A DNA stretch of 64,000 nucleotides, from positions 620,001 to 684,000 of the forward strand of contig NW_025963783.1 of NCBI RefSeq assembly GCF_023055435.1, written 5' to 3'. Source of the stretch: Haliotis rufescens. Taxonomy: Eukaryota. The position numbers and the translations under genes are program-made. Under the pieces are notes generated by a model. That model worked only from the letters and a program-made list of their open reading frames with translations. It was not told where the DNA came from and did not search any database. Each line of letters opens with the position of its first letter. The stretch's first letter is position 1. Below are positions 54,989 through 64,000 of this stretch, one piece after another.

Positions 54989-56056
54989 CTCTCTCTCTCT
55001 CCCTCTCTCTCTCGCCCCATATCCCACTCTCTCTACCTCTCCCCCCGATACCCCAATCTCTCTACTCAGGATCATTCTAAATGTCTACGTGATTCCAACT
55101 CCAGACGAGACGACAGTGGCGGTAACACGACCAACAAGGGCATTTACTGGTAGGCATCCATTAAAGTCCAGTTCTGCTACTCCTTACATCAAATACTGAC
55201 ATATTATAAACTGACATTTTGTTCTCACACGAGGGATACGGGACGTCGGTGTGTAGTGTGTAGTGTGTAGAAGATACAGTGCATTGTTTAATGTGTGTGG
55301 TGTGTGGTGTGTGGTGTATGTTGTTTGGGGTGTAGTGTGTAGATATTGTGCTAAGTTGCAAAATGTGTGTGGTGTGTGATGTGTAGTGTGTAATGTGTAT
55401 AGTTTGGGGTGTAGTGTGTTTATCTCCGAGCCGACCAGTCCTTGTTTTAGCCCCTGAACGCCGAGTGCCAGGCAGAGTAACAACAAGTACCATCTTTTAA
55501 CGTCTTTTGGTATGACGCTCCCGGGGATCGAAACCCGAACATTCCACTCTCCTGGCTGACGCTCTACCACTAGACCACAGAGGCGATCCGTTAATGCTGT
55601 GGACGTGCATCACCTTCTGCATAGAGCATTATTAGGACGATATGTTTGCATTGATTTAGTTTCAACTTGCGTTTTCAATTTTTTTAAATTTCATTTGTTG
55701 AGATTCTTTTGGCCGATTGTTTATATAGTGTTTAGTGTAGAATACTTAACGTGTGGCGTGCATTGTTTATTGTAAAGCGTGAAGGACATAATATCCCAGT
55801 AAATAATGGGCCGAGGAGTTTTCTCTTTCCAGTCCGTTCCACAACATGAAGTTTCTTACCAATTACAATGTCAAAAAGTATTTCGTAGTCCTACAGTGTT
55901 TTAAATGTCATCCTGCCAGGGGCTACAGTACGTCACACGCTGCCGGCGACCTGTGTCGACAAGTGGAGCAACTGTGACTCCTACACTCACTCGTGTGCGC
56001 CAGTGTACAAAGACTGGGCGTCCGCCAACTGTGCCCGCTTCTGCAACTTGTGTTGA
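54403..56056 (+). pseudogene. Three-exon 3' fragment of a multi-ShKT gene, cassette 5
   Basis: 54403-54551 reads TTAPTTTTTPPTPVCEDKLTTCSIYKSVCKSDTQQRWGLLNCAKTCRLC (complete ShKT; donor deleted). Linker exon 55105-55149. Terminal ShKT exon 55920-56056. Confidence 0.75.
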
Positions 56057-56424
56057 GCGTCTTGGAATCTGTACTTAGAAGAGGAGGGACGCATGGACTC
56101 TGCACTGCGAGATTTTGTTGCTGTATTACACATATTAAATGACAATGTCAGATGACATCAACATACGTCGAATATATTGCCTCAAAGGCTATTATCAGAG
56201 AGTGGGCCTTTCTCTTTATTTATCTAAACCCTGGATACTGTCTCAGTTAGAGTCCCTGGTAAAACAAAACAACAGCCTTTATGAGTTTAGGGTAATTAGT
56301 TTCACCATAATTACATTGACCGCAGACACAGAGAAGTTAAAGTTAAAAGAATGTTTACTCAATTAGACTTGTAACAGCTGATCTCCTTTGGTATTACGAT
56401 TGATGAACGTACGTGTGTGTGTGT

Positions 56425-56456
<32 letters not shown>

Positions 56457-57319
56457 GAAGGCTCAAAAGTTAGCTGTGCAGAGTTGCTGTACTTTGCTTC
56501 ATGCCAGGATCCTATAATCGTGGTCGAGAATTCCACCTTTGCCTTGATTATGATGTTTTTGCTGCCCGCACCATGCCCGTGCCTGTAGTTTCCCCACCTG
56601 TTCAACGGAACCACCTTTCAAAGTTTACCAAAACTCACTCGCTGATACACTTTAACACCGCTTAATTAACAGTATTTCAGTTACATCACGTCGACAGAGT
56701 GTTTGTGGCCGGACTCGATGTAGTAAATAGACGTTTGCAACTTGGGTCAAACCCACGTGCACAGGTATGGTGCTGACAACCCAAGAAACAATCAGGGCGA
56801 AACTGTGATACGAACTGACGACATCAGGCATGGTCTAAGGGAAGCAACTCTGCACAGTCTATTACGCGCCTTACACAACTGAGCTCCCAGTGGGGAATTG
56901 AGCCAAACTGAATGGAATCAAATATTCTTTACATTACTTTTGACTCATGTGATTCATGCACAGAAAATGTAGGATGATCATATAGGAATCAAATAAGCCA
57001 ATTCTTTCAAATAGTTCAATAAATTACAGATAACTGATAAACAATAAATAGACGACAAACATCAAGAAAACGAAGTACTGTTGTGGAGTTTACTCTGGAC
57101 ACGTCCCTCCATGTCAGTCGCGATCAATGTTTTACCTGCAGCGACTAGACTGGTTACCAGTATGTGCGCATCAGACAACGCATACCAATTGAGCAAACCG
57201 CCTCTTAACACGTCACAATCGACACAGCCGACATGGCGTCAGGTAGACAGGAAGAATGAGAGGTTAAAACTACTGACAATTAAAGGTAATGTGAGCATTG
57301 GCAACATGCAAGTTTGTTT

Positions 57320-57400
57320 GACGTCCCGCATAAACTTGATCAGTGTGACGTCCAGTATATACTTGATCAGTGTGACGTCCCGTATATACTTGATCATTGT
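57320..57400. repeat. 27-bp VNTR, 3 units
   Basis: Same unit as 43533-43775. Confidence 0.88.
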
Positions 57401-58162
57401 GACATGCCACAGGTATATGGAAGGGGTGAAAATAGCTTCATACGTCCTGGTTGTACATGGTCGTATGGTCCCTGCGTGCTGTTTATAAGATTGAGTTATA
57501 GTTTATTTTGAACATTGCAACAGCAAAATGTCAGCAATATCGATCCAGATCCATTGTCAAAACTTGTTTTTATTAAAGTAACAGATGTCAGTGTAATTTA
57601 CACTACACGAGTCCATCTATTCCTAGAATAGTAGGGCGGATCAAGCATTCTGTCTGGGGAGGGGTCCAACATATCCAAATCCTCGTTCAGATAAGTTTAC
57701 TGCCTACACAATTTGTTTTTAAAAGGAAGAGGAGGGGGGCCCTGGAAACCCCACCCCCCCCCCCCCCCCCCCCCCCTTTCGTTATGGTCTACTATTCAAG
57801 TAGTCTTGAATATGGTCCTGCACCATGACTGTGGAATATATGCATTTTATAAAAACAAAACCTGTCTAGTTTCATATAAAAACAGTTCTAGCCAGCTCTA
57901 ACAATCCCTCTGAAATCAGCATCACGAAAATTAATTGTTTTTATTTAAGAAGAGAGAACTGTTATGTGTAATAAAATATTACAAAGACGATGTATTAGTC
58001 TGTCACAGTGTAAGTGTAGTAATTAGCTTTGTTGGAGCTGGACAAGTCATTACTTAAAATTATGATGATAAGTCTTTCACTTCACCTCAACTGAAACTAT
58101 GTAATTCACAAAAGGGTCAAAATCTAAAATTGTTTGTTCATAAATATGTTTTACTATTACAG

Positions 58163-60890
58163 ATGGCGATGCACAAGACATTGACAGACAATTTCCTGAC
58201 TTGCAGCATCTGCATGGACGTCTTTGATGACCCCTGTACACTTGTGTGTTATCACACATTTTGTCGGAAATGTGTCGTTAGCTACACTGAAACCAGACCA
58301 GAAGCCATCAGTGCCAAGTCTCTCCTCTGTCCATTCTGTCGTAAGATGACCAAAGTAGTCAACTCAAACAGGCCAGTTGAAGAGTGGGCACAGGAGGTGA
58401 AACCCAGCTTCTTGATTCAGGGTCTCATGGATTCCTTCGCTCCCTGCAGTCAAGGTATAAGTATACACCAGAGACCATGGTGGTTGGACTTCCACTCAAT
58501 CCATATAGTTTTAATTCATCTTCAACACAGGCAACAGTATTGTCCCATCTATGACAGACTCGTTCTTGTCCTTGAATAGCTCTGTCATTTCTTTCAGTGG
58601 CACACTATTAGGCCTGCAGTCAATCCTGTAACATATTTGCTCGTTTGCTTCTGAGACAAAGTTTTGATTCTCATGATTTTGAAGTAATGTTATTGACCTT
58701 GTCTGGTAACAATGCCACATAATGTTAACGCCTTTCTTATTGCATACGAACACAAAAATACATTTTTCAATTTATTGTTGTATCGACTTTTTATTACGAG
58801 TTGATAGGTACGTTTTATTAACAGGTACTGTATTTTCTATGTTGGAAAACCAAAATGAACCAACCTAAACAAGAAATGTGTATTTGAGTATTCCAGTTAT
58901 AGCATCGCATGTCAGTTTGATGAGTGTGGAAAACTTGATCCGATGTCAAATGTCACTTGGGTGAAACCCACGAGCACAAGAATGGTGCCGACATACCATG
59001 AAACATAATGAGGACGACTCTGGGATTTGTGGGATGCAGACATGCAGATTTAGAAAACTGCGTCACTGGTGCCCCTTAAATGGGTACTGATAAAGGAAAG
59101 GATAAATGTCTTTATAAAGATGACGCAAAAAGGTGCTCTTATATTCATATTTTCTGTTCATGTGAAGCACTTTCTAAGTACATCCTAACATAACCTATAT
59201 TTCTCTGTAAACAACCTTAAATATGAATCATGTTGACATAATACATGTGTATATTTCTTTTTTAGTAACAAATAACTGCAACTCATGTCATGATGATGGG
59301 GAGGCAACTCTGGCTACATCTTGGTGTTCTGACTGTGAAGTCTCGCTGTGTGGTGGATGTCTTAAGGCCTATGCTCGTAATCCTGCCTTCCGTCACCATG
59401 ACGTATCTGACTTGTCAAGGGATGTCAAGGTGAAGAAAAGACGGAAACCCATGTGTAAAGAACATCCAGATCAGAGGATGCAGTTCTACTGCAAGGACTG
59501 TAAAAAACTACAATGTCAATCGTGTTGCCTCTTGTATCACAGAAAGTGTGAGTCCATTGTCTCGCTTGAATCTGTGTTGCCTGAAATGCAAAACACTCTT
59601 CAAACTGTAAAGCAGAAACTAGAGACTGATTTAGCAACATCAAACACTCGCCTTGCAAAGAAGGAAGCACAATGTACTGAAATTAACGAGAACAAGTCCA
59701 GCCTTCAGTCTCAGGTCCGATCAGCAACCCACACCGCCATTGACTTGATAAAGAAGAAGGAAAGACAACTCCTGGAACAGATAGATGACGTCACAGAGAA
59801 ACAAATAGGACAGCTGAAAGGAGACATGAAGCGTGAGGAGATGGCCAGGCAGATGATTCGTCAACACTCGGAGTTGCTGGGCAGAGCTCTGGAGTCTGAG
59901 AGTGACGTGGACATCTGTGAGATGTATCTGTGGAGTGAGTCGGAGGAGGCAGCCACTGTGTGTGTCCCAGAGTCAGGTATGAAGGATGTATCTGGGGGCA
60001 AGGCTTGTTTCATACACGATCGTCATCTGATGTGTGAGGAACTAAACGATCTACACTTGGGTGTGATTGATATCATGTTTGAAGATGTTTTTGATTCTAC
60101 ATCTACAGCAGTTCTGTATGACACAGTGGACATACAGGTAGAAGATGATAAGAAGAAACCCTATGCTTTTGACGTGGCAGTATTTGTTGTTGACAACACA
60201 GACACCATAGTTGTAACAGATTATGGCCACAAGTGTGTGAAATCCTTCTACAAAAGAAACAAGAAGTCATGTCAGAGTAAGCTGGGTGTACAAAGCGCCC
60301 CTTTATGTATTGCAAAATTAAACAACAATAAAATGGCTGTGACTATCCTTAACAGTAAAGAGATAATAATAGTAGAAGTGAAGCCTGAACTGGTTCTTCA
60401 ATCATCCATCTCTACAAGGAAGGGGTATGTGGGTCTGACATCCCTGACACCGACAACCCTGGCAGCAGGATCCGTGTCTCCTCCCTGTGTGGACATCCTG
60501 GACATGGCGGGGATTGTGTTGAGGACCCTGGATCCTGTCACAGATGGAGAGATACTTGTATCAGATCCTTACTTTCTCAGTACCACCAGGCAGGGTAACA
60601 TCCTCGTGTCTTGCTGTGAAGAGGAAGCTGGCAGAGTCCTCTGTTTAACTCCTCATGGAGATGTTGTGTTCAGGTATCAGCCTATCCAGCAGTGGCCTTG
60701 CCTTCGTGGAATCACTGAAACCAACACAGGACATATCCTGGTTATAGAATGCAATGTAAATTGTGTGTTTCAACTCAGCGCTTCTGGGACGTTTGTGAGG
60801 GAAGTGTTGACGTCACGTGATGGTTTTATCCGCATAGTCTCTACCTGTCTGAAAGTCAGCACCTGTATGTCACCGATTATGACTGTGTAA
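58163..60890 (+). CDS. TRIM-A5: 638-aa ORF with frameshifted last NHL blade
   Basis: Exons 58163-58454 and 59266-60890. A net 4-nt loss at ~60825 replaces the last blade (ancestral stop at 60917-60919). B-box1 His>Tyr (CLKAYAR). Confidence 0.8.
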
Positions 60891-63800
60891 AGATCTACAG
60901 ATTTACAAGAAACACCTAAGATGTGGATGCATAACGATTGTTCCTGATAGAATCCGTCACCATCTGAGTGACAATAGTTTATGTAAATAAGAGAACAATC
61001 TTTCTAGAGTGTCCACCGAAACAGTTAAAATTTGACGTAAAGTGCTAAATAGTTATGAAATTTATATGAATGGACCACTGATATTGAGTGATGACTCCAG
61101 GTGTTCGCGAAAAGGGTAAGCATGCCTGGCCCTATCGGTAGCACTCGCCAATCACACAATTTTAATGAATAAGGAGGTATTTGTCCCTGACGCGGCAATG
61201 CTGTACTCGTATCGTGAGACGGCGGCCTGTAAACAAACCAGACAATCAAGTGATCGATGAACCAGAAAATCCAGTGACACGTTAGTGGATTAACTGATTT
61301 TGTTGAAACTAATAAAACCGATACGTTAATTTTAACCTTCAAATTAAGGGCACCGATTCTGCTTCTTAAAAGAATGAAGAACGTTTAAGAACTATTATGT
61401 GAGGCAGTGGTTGGGGGTGCGCAGTTTTATTGTGCCCACACCAGGTGTTCGCGATGTTTGTGTCTGACATTGATGTGGAGCTGAGAGACATCAGTGTGGT
61501 ATATGTGAACAATGAATGCACAGAACTGGAATTGTCACCCGTCACACAAATATTCCGTTATTGAATGTGCATGTATAACGTGTATATTTAAGTTAGCGGG
61601 GAGGGCGGATTTTGGGAACGAGCAAAGGTCACCAACAACGCGTGCCAGTTGTTGGAGGCGACCTAATGGATCAGGTGACCTGGTTGAGTGCATGTCATCG
61701 TATCCCAAATACATAGATCGATGCTCATAATGTCAATCACTGGACTTTCTGACCAGACTCGATTAATTACAGACCACCCTCATATAGCTGGAATATTGCC
61801 GAGTGCTGCGACGAAAAAAACAACAACAATTGGCGACTGCTGGAAAGTTAAGCCTTATTGCCTCGTGAAGTATATAATCATATATTTGTAAATACAATAA
61901 AACTCTGATAATTAAACCATTAACCACTTCCTGTCAGTTTAAGTGTATTTGTAAAAATTTACATGCATATCCAGGTGTTTACATTTCTGTCATAACAAAA
62001 GTGCAGTCACTACCTTTGTACAATTTTTTTCTTGTTTAAATGAATACATAACACACACCACACCACTATGGAACCCGTTCTACGACGGGAATTTATGTTA
62101 AAAGATGTGAAAAGAGATCGTTTCCGCGGTTGATTCTTTTCTTTGAACACGACGCATGTCTTTGTAACAAACATCAGTTAACGCTGTGTGATGTAAAGGG
62201 AGAAATGGTGGTTAAAATCTCATGTTCCCCCCGTTACTTACAAATACATATTGTTTCCATATATATTGATGCTGTTTTGTTCATTCATCCAAGGACAAGT
62301 TTAGAAAATCTGAGCGAATGTGTCTGTTCGTCGACACCAACCACAACACTGCCGACATAATCCCACGAAACAGTCGTGAAGCCATGGTTATCTATCAAAA
62401 CTATGGAAAATACATCCGTTTCATCGACAGTATTAGTACCTCGCCAAGGCTCTGAACTCACTTTATACCACTTGGCACAGATAACACGTACTTCTTCGTT
62501 GCCCAAAGGTTATTTCTCTAAATTATCAGTTTGTATCAATCGGTAAAACGGTATATGATTGGCTACGGGTGTGTCATGAATTGCCAACAGAATCCTACAT
62601 AGCATATATGTCTCTGTTCTCGAAATAATATTCTGCCTTGATCAAAAAAATATAAATGGCAAATGTTTCCATATCTTATTTTAAACCGTTTATTTGGTGC
62701 AGAAGAGACTTGTGATTAAGATTGCTAAGCCTATAGATGCAAGTGCGACATCCGCGTAGAAGCAGGCTGTAGTTTCTCTAATGGCAGATATGTTTCAATG
62801 AAAAAAGTCACCAATTATATATGACAATGTCCATTCATTTCACATTTGATTTACCAGGGGTATTTGTGTTTATTGGTATATCTCAGATTCTGTTTTGTCT
62901 CTCAATGCGAGATGTTATGGTTCAGTTTTCACCCGTGTTTCATTGCCGGGAACAACAGTGACGTCATCAACTGTTTGAATGTTTGGCAGAGTAAGAGATG
63001 GGCTTTATACATTGTTTCCATGCAGGCACTAGGACCCAAGCATCTGGCGTGACAAGCCAAGCTTTAACTACTCGTCTACCCCACCTTTACGGCCAACCCC
63101 TCCCGCGCCTTCTGGAAGATCTGTGTTTGAATCTTCAGAAACCCATGCTTGTAAGAGTTGACAAACGGGATAGGGTGGTCAGGGTCGCTGACTTGGTTGA
63201 TGCATGTCACCGTATTCCAATCGATCAATGGTCATGTTAATCACTGGAACTTCAGACCGCCGTCTTGTAGCTTGAAGAGTGTTGAGAGCGGCGTTAATGA
63301 ACCTACCGTCCAACCAACCAACAAACAGTAAACAGTAGCAAGAGGTGACTAATATATTAAGGTGTTATGAAGAAATGAAGCTTTTCTCATTTTGACGTGA
63401 CAGTTTGACTCCGTTGGATACAGATTCGTGAGGTATTAGTGATTTGTTTGTTTGTTTGTTGTTTATCGCCGCACTCACCCACTTGACCTGCAGACCGGCG
63501 TCTTGTAGCTGGAAAAGTGGAGTGCGACGTTAATCAACCTACCGTCCAACCTGTCAGCCTCGTTTTATCCCCTTATAAAAGAAATGGAAGTAATCGAATC
63601 ACGTCAAAACAACCGAGCGATAAATGGCAAAATTAAACAACACTGTAAATACAATAGTTTTTATGCACATGTCAATACAAAAGGGGACACAGGTGAACAA
63701 TATGATTTAATTTTTCTTTAGAAAAAGTTATTGGTTCGTAAACATATTGTTTCATAACAATGCGCTTGCGTCCCCTGTGCATCTATCATTACCTCATCAT

Positions 63801-63967
63801 CAGGATCGAACACAGTCAGTTTTCGGACCACGGAAGTAGGAGTAAACACACCTACATTGACTTCACACTGGTTGTGTTTCTCAATCTCGTTATATATATA
63901 ACTGAAACACTATTCAAAGGGAGATCTATACAAAATCATTCAGTCGTTCATTCACCGAGACCACCCT

Positions 63968-64000
63968 TCATGTACATCTTGGTTTGGTGCGTGTTATGAA
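63968..64000 (-). CDS. 3' end of TRIM-B6; the array continues beyond the window
   Basis: Matches the B3 end (FITRTKPRCT*) and its downstream flank. Confidence 0.85.
   Translation of the reverse strand, partial: FITRTKPRCT

Noticed and set aside
56424-56454. Poly-G tract (also ~14793-14812; poly-C ~57754-57776) as a G-quadruplex element
   Set aside because: Not conserved across cassettes; simple homopolymer expansion.

Overview
Eukaryotic, intron-containing invertebrate DNA; the SINE repertoire suggests a mollusc, possibly abalone (inference). The window is a tandem array of about 5.5 copies of a 10.6-15 kb cassette. Each cassette holds a head-to-head pair of TRIM-NHL genes (RING, B-box1, B-box2, coiled coil, NHL beta-propeller), each with two coding exons. 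'TRIM-B' lies on the minus strand (ATGs at 1050, 11635, 24622, 39642, 52231, plus the 3' end of a sixth copy at 63968-64000). 'TRIM-A' lies on the plus strand (ATGs at 6045, 17040, 29089, 45056, 58163). Between partners sit a probable compact bidirectional promoter with an IRF-element-like motif, a 27-bp VNTR, and exons of a multi-ShKT gene that the ORF track largely misses. Main patterns: (1) A copies are hypervariable at the predicted top face of the NHL propeller while B copies are nearly invariant, resembling a sensor/helper pair. (2) The RING exon is homogenised between A and B, with variants shared within a pair. (3) In four of five pairs both partners are damaged at about the same homologous position. 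(4) Lesions generate domain-deletion variants. Only A2 is fully intact; B5 is open but lacks the coiled coil. N-gaps separate the partners in cassettes 2-5. A roughly 6 kb TE-rich block (32.2-38.0 kb) replaces the 3' end of B4.
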